Made by a program: the position numbers and the translations under genes | DNA from: an uncultured Ruminococcus sp. | Lineage (GTDB): Bacteria; Bacillota; Clostridia; Oscillospirales; CAG-382 | Direction of reading: 5' to 3' | Length of the DNA: 64,000 nt | Assembly (NCBI GenBank): GCA_964487775.1 | Contig: CAZASH010000004.1 | Location: 19,631 to 83,630 of the forward strand | The notes under the pieces: generated by a model | What the model was told of the DNA's origin: nothing | Seen by the model: the letters and a program-made list of their open reading frames with translations, nothing else | Databases searched by the model: none | In this document: piece by piece, positions 1-9,105 of the stretch | Numbering within the stretch: position 1 is the first letter of the stretch | How the letters are laid out: the number at the start of each line of letters is the position of its first letter

Positions 1-98
1 ATCGGTATGCACGCCAAAAAGACGAACAGCGCGAGTATTAATATATCGACGGTCGCCCTGATCAAAAATCGCAGCAGCACAGTCTTTTTGTTGTTCAT
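1..98 (-). CDS. 5' end of a membrane-protein gene running off the left edge (partial)
   Basis: Reverse strand ATG at 98 gives MNNKKTVLLRFLIRATVDILILALFVFLACIP..., a basic N-terminus followed by a hydrophobic helix. It is too short to be in the ORF track. Confidence 0.3.
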   Translation of the reverse strand, partial: MNNKKTVLLRFLIRATVDILILALFVFLACIP

Positions 99-154
99 AA
101 TAGTTGCCAAAATCCTTTTTGTGTGATATTATCTAATCGATAGGAGGTGCATTT

Positions 155-796
155 ATGAAATACATCGTCAAATGCATAGAGGTCGGCATAATGCCGACAA
201 ACTGCTATATAGTCAAAAAGCCTGATTCACGCGATGCGCTCGTGATAGATCCGGGCGATGACGAGGGCTTGATACGTGACGCCTTGCACAGGTGCGACGC
301 ATCGATGCGTGGCATTTTGCTGACACACGGTCATTTCGACCATATACTCGCAGTCGGTGCGCTCAGACAGGTGGGCAAGCCTGTGCTGATACACGAGCTT
401 GACGCTCACAGCCTGACAGAGCGTGATATGTTTTCGTCGCTCGTTCGCAACGATCCGCGTCCGTTCGAGAGCGCAGAATGCATGATAAGCGACGAGGGAT
501 TTTATGATTTTTGCGGATTTGAGTTTAAAATAATGCACACGCCGGGTCATACCGACGGCAGCGTGTGCTATATCTTCGATGATATTATGTTCAGCGGCGA
601 TACGCTGTTTAAAGACTCTGTCGGCACGCTCGATTACGGCGGCGACAGAATAAAGATGCAGAGCACGCTCAGAAGGCTTGCTTCGCTTGAAAGAGATTAT
701 ACGATATTCCCGGGGCATGGCGAAATGACATCGCTTGCGAGAGAAAAGCAATATAACCCATATCTTTCAAGGCTTGTCAATCAGGATCAAATATAA
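155..796 (+). CDS. MBL-fold metallo-hydrolase (glyoxalase II-like)
   Basis: 213-aa ORF with the zinc motif THGHFDH and a downstream HTPGHT. AGGAGGTG SD lies upstream of the ATG. Confidence 0.85.
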   Translation: MKYIVKCIEVGIMPTNCYIVKKPDSRDALVIDPGDDEGLIRDALHRCDASMRGILLTHGHFDHILAVGALRQVGKPVLIHELDAHSLTERDMFSSLVRNDPRPFESAECMISDEGFYDFCGFEFKIMHTPGHTDGSVCYIFDDIMFSGDTLFKDSVGTLDYGGDRIKMQSTLRRLASLERDYTIFPGHGEMTSLAREKQYNPYLSRLVNQDQI

Positions 797-1679
797 GCTC
801 TATCTTTGCGCCGTCATGAGGAATGACAGCGTGCGGAGCGGCATCGGCATCTGCCTCGGGGTATGGGACTGACGGCGAAAAATGTGTCAGCCACAAGCGC
901 CTTACGCCGCCAGCTTTGACGCAGAGCTCGTCTGCCTCTGAGAACATCATGTGCCGTGTTTCGAGCGCCTTGGGCAATTTGTCCGTCTCGCCGTACATGC
1001 CCTCGCAGATAAACAGGTCTGCGTTTGCCGCATGAGCGACTATCGAGTCGCAAGGACGTGTGTCGGTGGTATAGACAAACTTGATTCCGCGCCTTTCGGG
1101 CCCCAAAACCATATCCTGCGTGTATAAAGCGCCGTCAAACTCGACGGTGCTTTGTTTTTGCAATAATCCCCACGCACGGATAGGTATCCCTGCCGCCTTG
1201 GCACGCTCGGGGTCGAACCTGCCGGGGCGCTTGAGCACTGCCGAATAGCCATAGCAGGGCACTGTGTGCTTGACCGAGAATGCGGTTATTTCAAGCCCAT
1301 AGAGCGAAAATACCTGCTCTGATGCAGATAATTCTATGACTTCGAGCTCAAACGGCAGGTGGGGTGCGACGGTGCAGAGACCACGCACCGCATAGCCGAT
1401 GTTCTTTGGTCCTATTATCGTGAGCTTGTCTGTCTTGCCCTCGTTGCCCATCGAAAGCAAAAGCCCGGGCAAGCCGCTTATATGGTCTGCGTGCAGGTGG
1501 GTTATCAGCAGTACTTTGATCGGACAGAGTGCGCAGCCTGCTTCTTTAAGTGCTATCTGAGTGCCCTCGCCGCAGTCTATGAGAAACGAACTGCCGCCGT
1601 ATCTGAAATATGCGGTAGTCAGCCATCTGTTTTTTAACGGTATAGTGCCGCCTGTGCCGGCGAGACAAACATCAAACAT
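777..1679 (-). CDS. rnz: ribonuclease Z (tRNA 3' endonuclease, MBL fold)
   Basis: 300 aa with an N-terminal GTGGTIP...RWLT motif and the HLHADH metal motif. Length is typical of short-form RNase Z. Confidence 0.85.
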   Translation of the reverse strand: MFDVCLAGTGGTIPLKNRWLTTAYFRYGGSSFLIDCGEGTQIALKEAGCALCPIKVLLITHLHADHISGLPGLLLSMGNEGKTDKLTIIGPKNIGYAVRGLCTVAPHLPFELEVIELSASEQVFSLYGLEITAFSVKHTVPCYGYSAVLKRPGRFDPERAKAAGIPIRAWGLLQKQSTVEFDGALYTQDMVLGPERRGIKFVYTTDTRPCDSIVAHAANADLFICEGMYGETDKLPKALETRHMMFSEADELCVKAGGVRRLWLTHFSPSVPYPEADADAAPHAVIPHDGAKIELIFDPD

Positions 1680-1692
1680 ATATACACCCTTT

Positions 1693-2529
1693 TTATTTTA
1701 TCATTTCGAGCAGCAAAGGCAATGCACCCTCAAAATCAACGCCGTATCTCGGCTCTGTGCCCGCTTGTTTGGTGCGGCGTATCGCCTCTGCAGTGTAAAG
1801 CACTGCGCAGTTGACCGCATCGCCAAGGCTCTTGCCTGCAAGATATGCGGCGAGGAACGCCGAGCCGAATACATCGCCTGTGCCGTGGAAATAGCCGTCG
1901 AAGTGCTCTGTGACCTTTTCGCCTCTGTCGCCGTCTTTTGTGCAGTACATAGCGCCGATAAGTCCTTCTTTGGGAGTTGCGCCTGTGAGCACGGTGGCTT
2001 TTGGGCCAAGGCTCGTAAGCTCGCTTGCAACCTCAAACCACGCTTCTTTGCAGAAATCCTCGCGATATTCCTTGCCCAGCATCAGCGATGCTTCGGTTAT
2101 GTTGGGAATAACTATGTCGGCCTTTTTGCAAAGCTCGAGCATACCCTTGACAAAATCCATGTCAAAGCCCTTGTAAAGCACGCCGTTGTCTGCCATGACA
2201 GGGTCGACCAGCCTTATAGCGCTGTCAAACGTGTCAAAAAGCCTTGAAACTATCTCAAGCTGTTTGAATGAGCCGAGATAGCCGGTGTATATAGCATCGA
2301 CGTGCAGGTCAAGGCTCTTCCAGTGGTCGATTATAGGGTCGAGATCGTCAGTGAGATCTCTGAAGGTATAGCCCGTAAAGCCGCCTGTGTGCGTCGAAAG
2401 CACTGCCGTGGGCAGCACGCTGCATTCTATGCCGCACGCCGAAAGTATGGGCAGTGCGACCGTAAGCGAGCACTTGCCGACACACGAAATATCATGCACG
2501 GCGATAACTCTTTTTTGCATATAAAACAC
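1693..2529 (-). CDS. pdxK: pyridoxamine/pyridoxal kinase
   Basis: 278 aa. N-terminus is AVHDISCVGKCSLTVALPILSACG, and a C-terminal ribokinase-like GTGDVFGSAF anion-hole motif is present. Confidence 0.85.
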   Translation of the reverse strand: MFYMQKRVIAVHDISCVGKCSLTVALPILSACGIECSVLPTAVLSTHTGGFTGYTFRDLTDDLDPIIDHWKSLDLHVDAIYTGYLGSFKQLEIVSRLFDTFDSAIRLVDPVMADNGVLYKGFDMDFVKGMLELCKKADIVIPNITEASLMLGKEYREDFCKEAWFEVASELTSLGPKATVLTGATPKEGLIGAMYCTKDGDRGEKVTEHFDGYFHGTGDVFGSAFLAAYLAGKSLGDAVNCAVLYTAEAIRRTKQAGTEPRYGVDFEGALPLLLEMIK

Positions 2530-2541
2530 CTCGATTATAGA

Positions 2542-3525
2542 TCATGCCATATTGGCGAGCATTTCTTTTGTGACCTCGCCTATCATTTTTTTGCCTGCGA
2601 GGTATCTGTCTATCTCGTCACAGACGTGCTTGCCTATTTTATAAAGTCCGTTCTTTGCAAGTCCCGCAAGGTGCGGACTCATTATGCAGTTTGGCAACTC
2701 ACGCAGGCAGTCGTCCTCTGCGGGCGGCTCGGGATCACGAACGTCGAGGCAAGCGTACTTGAGGTTGCCTGCCTTCATATGGTCATAAAGTGCCTTTTCG
2801 TCAATGAGCGTGCCACGTGCGGTGTTGATGAGCACTGCATCGGGCTTCATCATAGCCAGAGTTTCTGCGCAGAACATATGATAGGTCGAGTCTATCGAGG
2901 GAGCGTGTACAGAAACAACGTCGCTTATTTTAAGCAGCTCTTCGAACGAAACGAGTGTTGCGCCAAGTGCTTCGACAGCCTCTTTTGATGCAAACGGATC
3001 ATAAACGACCTTTTTGACATCGAACGGAGCGAGCAATTCGCAATAGTGTCTGCCTGCCCAGCCGAAGCCGACTATGCCGACAGTGAGGTCATAAAGCTCT
3101 CTGATGTTCTCTTTGCCCTCCTGCCAGCCGCCTGCGTGCAGCGAGGTGTTGAGATTGAAAAGGTTTTTGCACGCTGCGATCGTAAATCCGAGCGCAGTTT
3201 CGCTGACACCCATCGAAAGGCAGCACGCCGACGAGGTAACTCTGACGCCCTTCTGCCACAGCTCGTCGCTGACGATAGGCTTAACGCTGCCTGCCGCGTG
3301 GCATACAAGCTTGAGGTCGGGGCATACTGCGAGAATGTCGCTGTCGATAGGCTCGTTGCCCCACGAGGTGATAAGCACATCAGCGCCCTTTGCGGCGGCG
3401 ATGACCTGTTCCTTTGTCGAGCCCTCGCCAATGACCAGCTCACCGTAGGTCGACAGGCGGTCTATGGTCTTTTGGTCGATGACTATAGAATAAGAATCTT
3501 TGTGCATGATAATTGCGGTCTTCAT
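2542..3525 (-). CDS. D-isomer-specific 2-hydroxyacid dehydrogenase (NAD-binding)
   Basis: 327 aa with Rossmann motif GIVGFGWAGRH, the HAPS...T region and a catalytic-type R...E...H pattern (NTARG, DV, SPHLAG). Confidence 0.85.
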   Translation of the reverse strand: MKTAIIMHKDSYSIVIDQKTIDRLSTYGELVIGEGSTKEQVIAAAKGADVLITSWGNEPIDSDILAVCPDLKLVCHAAGSVKPIVSDELWQKGVRVTSSACCLSMGVSETALGFTIAACKNLFNLNTSLHAGGWQEGKENIRELYDLTVGIVGFGWAGRHYCELLAPFDVKKVVYDPFASKEAVEALGATLVSFEELLKISDVVSVHAPSIDSTYHMFCAETLAMMKPDAVLINTARGTLIDEKALYDHMKAGNLKYACLDVRDPEPPAEDDCLRELPNCIMSPHLAGLAKNGLYKIGKHVCDEIDRYLAGKKMIGEVTKEMLANMA

Positions 3526-3534
3526 TTTCTGTTT

Positions 3535-4827
3535 TTACCTCTCAAAAATTGCGGCATAGCCGTTGGTTTCAAATATTTTGCCTGAATTGCCAAGGAATTC
3601 GTCACCTGCGATAAATGCGCCGCCTGTGGCATCACTCCATTCAAGCGACGGCGGCAAGAGCTTTTGCATATCGCGCCAGTTTTTGTAATTCTGGTCGCCG
3701 TTGACCTCGACTGCGCCGACAGTCATGCCGGGCAATGCGTCAAGATATGATGCAAAAATGCGGTTGAGCATGGCGAGCAGGGGATTGACCGTGAGGTCTG
3801 CCGTCAGATAGCCTATGCCTGCGCTGTGTGCGATATGCGCCATCTCAAACGAGACAGACAAGGTCTTTGCCGCAGGCTTGAATGCGACGGCTCTGTAGCC
3901 TTGCTGAATGCGCGTTTTGAGATCCTCAGCGGAATGTGCCGACTCGTCAGCACCGACTGCCGCAGGAATGTCCGAAACGTCCGTGTTGTTGCCCTCGGCG
4001 AAGGGCTCTTCTATCAGCTCGGTGCATTCGAGTGCCCCGAACCTGTCTATCGCATCAAAGAACCGAGCAAGGCGCTCTTTTGTGTCATACCTGCCGTTGG
4101 CATCGAAATAATATCTTATCCTGCCGCTTTTGGTCATATCGGTTCGGTATTGCGAAGCGATGGCGTGTATCTCTTTTACACGCTCGATATCCCACTCGAG
4201 CATAGATTGCATGTCGTTCTCGGAGCCGTTTTCGCCTGAAATATGCCTGCCGAGCTTGATCTTTAAAAGCGACGCACCGTCCGACAGCAATTTGCGTATG
4301 CCGTCGTTGTCGACGGAATAGTTGACGAGCGGAATGCACGACAGCCTGCTGTGGCGGCATTTAAAGGTATCTTTGTGCTGTGAAGGGATTATATCATAAA
4401 AATCTTTTGCGCCCGAATTTCGTGCATACAGTGACCACAGAGCGAGGTCTATGCCAACGAGCGAGTTGAGCACAAAGGTCTTTGCGGTCTTAAAGCCGCA
4501 GACCGCCTCGGCATAGGGCATTAAAGCGTCTGCTAGATAGCTTGTGACCTCGTATGGTGCTTCAAAGCCTGTGCCCTCTATCATTTTGCTGGCGCGCTCT
4601 GTCACCAAAAGCATCTTGGCGTTGCCGCCGGCTTCGGTCGAGCCCGAAAAAACTCTTGCATCAGACCACAAAACGCTCTGCACCGATGGGCAGACCGCAG
4701 TGCCGACGTCAGAATCTATCTTGACCACGGGCTGCCAGAGCTCTGACAGATAACCGCCCTTAAAGCCAAACGGAGCCAAAAGCGGCTCTCTTATAAAATC
4801 GAGTGAGCATTTTTTTATATTGATCAT
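3535..4827 (-). CDS. enolase-superfamily enzyme (mandelate racemase / dipeptide-epimerase-like)
   Basis: Superfamily signature residues occur in order: LLKIKLG, FDANGRY, LIEEPF, GADES, AFKPAAK. Start was trimmed to ATG 4827 (MINIKK) because the longer ORF overlaps coaD. Confidence 0.7.
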   Translation of the reverse strand: MINIKKCSLDFIREPLLAPFGFKGGYLSELWQPVVKIDSDVGTAVCPSVQSVLWSDARVFSGSTEAGGNAKMLLVTERASKMIEGTGFEAPYEVTSYLADALMPYAEAVCGFKTAKTFVLNSLVGIDLALWSLYARNSGAKDFYDIIPSQHKDTFKCRHSRLSCIPLVNYSVDNDGIRKLLSDGASLLKIKLGRHISGENGSENDMQSMLEWDIERVKEIHAIASQYRTDMTKSGRIRYYFDANGRYDTKERLARFFDAIDRFGALECTELIEEPFAEGNNTDVSDIPAAVGADESAHSAEDLKTRIQQGYRAVAFKPAAKTLSVSFEMAHIAHSAGIGYLTADLTVNPLLAMLNRIFASYLDALPGMTVGAVEVNGDQNYKNWRDMQKLLPPSLEWSDATGGAFIAGDEFLGNSGKIFETNGYAAIFER

Positions 4828-4831
4828 ATGA

Positions 4832-5299
4832 TCACATTTCTTTCTCCAGGACCGCAAGGGCGGGGGCGGGTATGTATTCGCTGACGTCCTTGCCATACTT
4901 CATCAGCTCTCTGACGAATGTCGAGCTTATAAACCTGTGCTCGTTTTTTGCCGGCAGGATGACCGTCTCCTCGACGCCGAGCACCGAATTGATGTCATAA
5001 AGGTCTTTTTCGCCGTCGTACTCACTGCCGCAGCGTGCTCCACGCACGATGACACCGCCACCGATGCTGGCGACATAGTCTGCGGTAAGTCCGTTCCATT
5101 CCTCGACCCTGATCTTTTTGTTGTCTGCAAAGCAGGCACGTATCGCTTCGGCACGCAGTCCGCGCGAAAAATGATATTTTTTGCCGCTGTTGACGGCGAC
5201 GAGCACCACGACATCACCAAAAAGTCTGTATGCTCTCTCGATCAGGTCGACGTGACCGATTGTTATGGGATCAAAGCTCCCTGCTACGATAGCAGTCAT
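4832..5299 (-). CDS. coaD: phosphopantetheine adenylyltransferase
   Basis: 155 aa with the N-terminal GSFDPITIGHVDLIERA nucleotidyltransferase motif. Confidence 0.95.
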   Translation of the reverse strand: MTAIVAGSFDPITIGHVDLIERAYRLFGDVVVLVAVNSGKKYHFSRGLRAEAIRACFADNKKIRVEEWNGLTADYVASIGGGVIVRGARCGSEYDGEKDLYDINSVLGVEETVILPAKNEHRFISSTFVRELMKYGKDVSEYIPAPALAVLEKEM

Positions 5300-5330
5300 T
5301 TTTTAAAAATACCTCGTGAGTTTAATATTT

Positions 5331-5876
5331 TCAGTTGCCTCGGCGCAGTATGCACACATGTGCCACGCCATAGCGATAAAGCTTTTGCTGCCAGCCGTCC
5401 TTGGGCTCGGGAACATGGTCGGCGGAAGTCTCGATGACCACGATGCAGTCGTCGGCGAGCATTTCGGCACGCTCGAGCGCATCAAATGCTTTTTCTGCCA
5501 TGTCGCTGTCGTATGGCGGATCGAGGAACACGAGCTCGAACCTTTGCTTGCCTGCCGCACCTCTGATGTATTCTTTATAGTCATAGCAGGCGATGCGAGT
5601 GCGCTCCATAAGCTTTGCACGCATTGCGTTCTGCTTGATGATCTCGCATGCAGCACGTGAAGCGTCGATCATGACCGCACTTTCTGCACCTCTCGAGAGG
5701 GCTTCGAGCGACAATTGTCCGCTGCCTGCAAACAGATCGAGCACCTTGCGGTCGTGCAGATCAAACTGTATTGCCGAAAAAATGCCTTCCTTGGCTTTTT
5801 CGCCTGTCGGACGTGTCTCTTCACCCGGCAGTGTATCGAGTTTTGTGCCTCTTGCGATGCCTGTAATTATTCTCAT
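5331..5876 (-). CDS. rsmD: 16S rRNA (guanine966-N2)-methyltransferase
   Basis: 181 aa with MRIITG..RG..L....RPT, SAM-binding DLFAGSG and the DPPY motif. Confidence 0.9.
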   Translation of the reverse strand: MRIITGIARGTKLDTLPGEETRPTGEKAKEGIFSAIQFDLHDRKVLDLFAGSGQLSLEALSRGAESAVMIDASRAACEIIKQNAMRAKLMERTRIACYDYKEYIRGAAGKQRFELVFLDPPYDSDMAEKAFDALERAEMLADDCIVVIETSADHVPEPKDGWQQKLYRYGVAHVCILRRGN

Positions 5877-7699
5877 GTTTTCTCCTTTGCGGAATGTAAA
5901 AAGTCATAGACCGCTTTTGCCGTCTCGGGATTGATGCCCTTGACACACGCGATCTCATCTGTGCTTGCGTTCTTGAGCGCTTCGAGCGTGCCGAAATGCA
6001 AAAGCAACGCATTCGCCTTTGCTTCTCCGACACCCTTGACTGATGTAAGGCTGCTCTGCTTGACCTTTTTGCGGCGGCGTGCATCCATGCGCTCGAGCGC
6101 ATATCGGTGGACCTCCTCCTGTATCTTATAAAAGAATACAAACAGATCCTGCCGCCTGATTAGCCCTATCTCGCTCATGCCGTCGGTAAGCGTGCGTGTC
6201 TTGTGATGCTCGTCCTTTATCATGCCGAAAACAGGAATATCGATGCCACGCTCCGCCAATATTTCTCGACAGACCAGCACCTGCTGTTCTGCGCCGTCCA
6301 TCAGTATAAGATCGGGATATTCCCAGCCGTTTTCGTCGCTCGAGTGATCAAATCGCCTGCCGAGCGCTTCACGCAGCATCGAGCAGTCGTCGTTTATCTC
6401 ACCCGAAATATTGAACGACCTGTATTTGCGCTTTGCGAACCTGCCCTTTTCGAGCACTATCATGCCGCACGAGGCGAGCTCTGTGCCGCTGTTTGATATG
6501 TCATATGATTCTATTCTGTCGGGCAAGGTCTCTAAATGCAGAAATTCTGCGACCTCGGCGAGTGCGCCTGTGCGCTTTGCCTCTACCGCACGTGAATGCA
6601 AAAGCAATTCACGAGCGTTGCGCTCTGCCGTCTCGACAAGGCTCTTTTTGATACCTCTTTGAGGAACGGCGATGTTGACCTGCGAGCTTGTTATCTCTGC
6701 AAAGCAGTCGCAAAGCAATTTCTTTTCGTCATCGTCGATGTCAAAGCCCAAAAATATATTCGGCGGAACAAAGCCGCGCCGTGTGTAAAACTGCGCCAAA
6801 AAGCCGATGAGCGCCTGCTCGTCGATTATCTCGTCTGCGCCGAACTCAAAATTCTGCCTGTCGACTATCGCACCGTGCCTGATGAAAAGCACTGTCAATT
6901 CTGCGCCAAGGTCGTCGGCATAATAGCCCACGGCGTCGCAATCGAGGTCGATGTCGGCAACTATCTGCTGCTTGTCGCCAAGCCGCTTGACCGCCTTTAT
7001 CATATCACGGTATCTGGCGGCGAGCTCAAAATTGAGGTGGTCGCTCGCCTTCAGCATACGTGCTTCCAATGCTTTTGTCAAAAAAGCAAAATCACCGCGC
7101 AGGAAGTGCACGACAGACGATATCGTCTCGGCATAATCCTTTTCGCTGACAGCGCCCCTGCGACATACGCCGATGCAGCGCCCTATCTGATAATTGAGGC
7201 AGGGGCGTCCCTTGCCTATATCCTTGGGAAACTCTTTGCCGCAGGTGGGCAAGCCAAATGCGGCGTTTGCACTCTCGATAATGCCTTTTGCGACAGATGC
7301 CGATGAATAAGGGCCGAAATATCTGCCGCCGTTCGTCCGTCGCCACGCTATCGAAAGCGACGGATAGCACTCGTCAGAGATACGAATGTATGGATAGCCT
7401 CCGCCGTCCTTGAGCTTGATGTTGTATCTCGGCGAAAACTGCTTGATAAATTTATCCTCCTGCAGCAGCGCCTCAAGCTCTGTTGCAGTTAAATAGACCT
7501 CAAAATCGTCGACTGCGGCGACCATTCTTGCCGTCTTTCCACGGTGATGCGACGACGGCGCAAAATAGCTTGACACTCTGTTTTTGAGCGCACGCGACTT
7601 GCCGACATATATGATTTTGCCCGATTTGCTGTGCATGAGATACACGCCGGGCGAGAGCGGCAAAAGCTTTGCCTTTTCCCACAGCTCTTGACGGGTCAT
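5873..7699 (-). CDS. uvrC: excinuclease ABC subunit C
   Basis: 608 aa with a GIY-YIG N-terminus (GVYLMHSKSGKIIYVGKS...LKNRV), a UVR domain and a C-terminal HhH. It has a 4-nt overlap with rsmD. Confidence 0.95.
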   Translation of the reverse strand: MTRQELWEKAKLLPLSPGVYLMHSKSGKIIYVGKSRALKNRVSSYFAPSSHHRGKTARMVAAVDDFEVYLTATELEALLQEDKFIKQFSPRYNIKLKDGGGYPYIRISDECYPSLSIAWRRTNGGRYFGPYSSASVAKGIIESANAAFGLPTCGKEFPKDIGKGRPCLNYQIGRCIGVCRRGAVSEKDYAETISSVVHFLRGDFAFLTKALEARMLKASDHLNFELAARYRDMIKAVKRLGDKQQIVADIDLDCDAVGYYADDLGAELTVLFIRHGAIVDRQNFEFGADEIIDEQALIGFLAQFYTRRGFVPPNIFLGFDIDDDEKKLLCDCFAEITSSQVNIAVPQRGIKKSLVETAERNARELLLHSRAVEAKRTGALAEVAEFLHLETLPDRIESYDISNSGTELASCGMIVLEKGRFAKRKYRSFNISGEINDDCSMLREALGRRFDHSSDENGWEYPDLILMDGAEQQVLVCREILAERGIDIPVFGMIKDEHHKTRTLTDGMSEIGLIRRQDLFVFFYKIQEEVHRYALERMDARRRKKVKQSSLTSVKGVGEAKANALLLHFGTLEALKNASTDEIACVKGINPETAKAVYDFLHSAKEKT

Positions 7700-7795
7700 C
7701 TAAAAAACCTCCGTTGGCATCTTTGGGGTCTATAAAGACCGCCCCGAACACCTTTATAGGCACGGGGCGACTTGAAAGCTGATATGACGAGATGA

Positions 7796-8065
7796 TCAGA
7801 GATAGAAACCGTTCTCGATCTGATCTGCGAGTTTGTTGATGGCTGCTTGTTCGTCGTCACCTTCTGCGATGAGCGTGATGGTGTCGCCCTTGACAATGCC
7901 GAGTGCGAGCACAGAAAGCAGGCTCTTGGCGTTGGCAGTGCTGGTGCCGTCGCCGCTGACCACCTTGATGCGGCTGCTGAACTCATTGGCAGTGCGAATA
8001 AAGTGGGATGCGGGCTTTGCACAAAGACCTACCTCTATATTAACAGTTATCTCTTTGCTGGTCAT
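7796..8065 (-). CDS. HPr-family phosphocarrier-like protein (Crh-like, Cys at the His15 position)
   Basis: 89 aa starting at ATG 8065, with GGAGGAG SD. It aligns by eye to HPr: GLCAKPA in place of GIHARPA, and the KSLLSVLALG Ser46-region is conserved. Confidence 0.85.
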   Translation of the reverse strand: MTSKEITVNIEVGLCAKPASHFIRTANEFSSRIKVVSGDGTSTANAKSLLSVLALGIVKGDTITLIAEGDDEQAAINKLADQIENGFYL

Positions 8066-8191
8066 AGTATCTCCTCCAAAAGCGATATGAATGCTCATAT
8101 CAATTATATCACAAATTAAGTTTTTTACAAGAGCGGCGGTTTGTATACTTCGACAAAATACCGCACCGAACATAAAATACAGTTGTTGATT

Positions 8192-8632
8192 TTAATCAAG
8201 CAGGCTTATCTCGTTGATGCAGATCTCATATTCCGAGAACCCGTCACGCACGACATACCTGCAACCTGCGGCGAGCAGGTGCTTGCCGTCAAGATAATAG
8301 CCGTCTTCTCTGACCTCGGCAACCGCCGTCGCAGTGCCAGAGATCGTTATATAGTTGGGGTCGGCAGGTGACGCCGTATCCTTGTCTATCTTGGTTATTA
8401 CGCCAAATTGCGTAAGCTCGTCGGCGAGGTATATCGCCGTCACGTCAGGCAAGGTCTCGGCACACGAAAACCTCACGGGAACTGACGAAAATGAATAGCT
8501 GACTGTCGCCGTTTCGGTCTTGTCGAATGCGGCGATTATATCCTGTCTGAATATCAGCGTGACGAGCATAGCGGCTGCAAGCAGTATTATAGCTATGTCA
8601 AGCATATTAAAATGCGGTCTGTTCTTCATCAC
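8192..8632 (-). CDS. single-pass membrane protein, paralog 2 (tentatively DUF4330-like)
   Basis: 146 aa with a basic N-terminus plus TM (MLDIAIILLAAAMLVTLIF), then a beta-rich domain. Architecture is similar to the upstream ORF. It has a 4-nt overlap with that ORF. Confidence 0.5.
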   Translation of the reverse strand: MMKNRPHFNMLDIAIILLAAAMLVTLIFRQDIIAAFDKTETATVSYSFSSVPVRFSCAETLPDVTAIYLADELTQFGVITKIDKDTASPADPNYITISGTATAVAEVREDGYYLDGKHLLAAGCRYVVRDGFSEYEICINEISLLD

Positions 8633-9105
8633 GCATCATCTCCAATCTCGCTCCACGATACGACTATCGCCACAAGCTCGGTGCTCTTTGAATGCAATTT
8701 GATCTCGCTGCCTATCAAGAGCGGCTTGCCCTCGCAATAAAGTGCATCGGGACGCCTCTCTGCACCTATCAAAACCGAGGCGTTAAAGGTCGAAGCCATA
8801 GTGCCCGTGTATATGCTGCTGCCGAAAAGCTTTGCAGTGCCGAACGTCGTGCCGTCCTCAAAATAAAGCGTCGTGCCGTTCGAAACACGCATTGCGTTGC
8901 CGTCGGAATCTTTGATTATAACGTCTACACGATATTGCTGCAGCTGCGCACCGCCCGAGCGATCGACAAGCTTGACCGCACCGAAGGCGACACCTGCTAT
9001 TATGAGCAGAATGATAAAAATGTCGACTATCGGCACCGATATCTGTCTGCGTGGCTTGTTATTGATTTTCATCGTCGATAGCCGTCCTTTCAAGCATTTT
9101 TTCAC
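8629..9105 (-). CDS. single-pass membrane protein, paralog 1 (tentatively DUF4330-like)
   Basis: 158 aa, or 147 aa if the start is ATG 9072 (MKINNKPRRQ). It has the TM VDIFIILLIIAGVAFGAV, and the segment YCEGKPLLIGSEI resembles YYLDGKHLLAAGC in the paralog. Confidence 0.5.
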   Translation of the reverse strand: MKKCLKGRLSTMKINNKPRRQISVPIVDIFIILLIIAGVAFGAVKLVDRSGGAQLQQYRVDVIIKDSDGNAMRVSNGTTLYFEDGTTFGTAKLFGSSIYTGTMASTFNASVLIGAERRPDALYCEGKPLLIGSEIKLHSKSTELVAIVVSWSEIGDDA

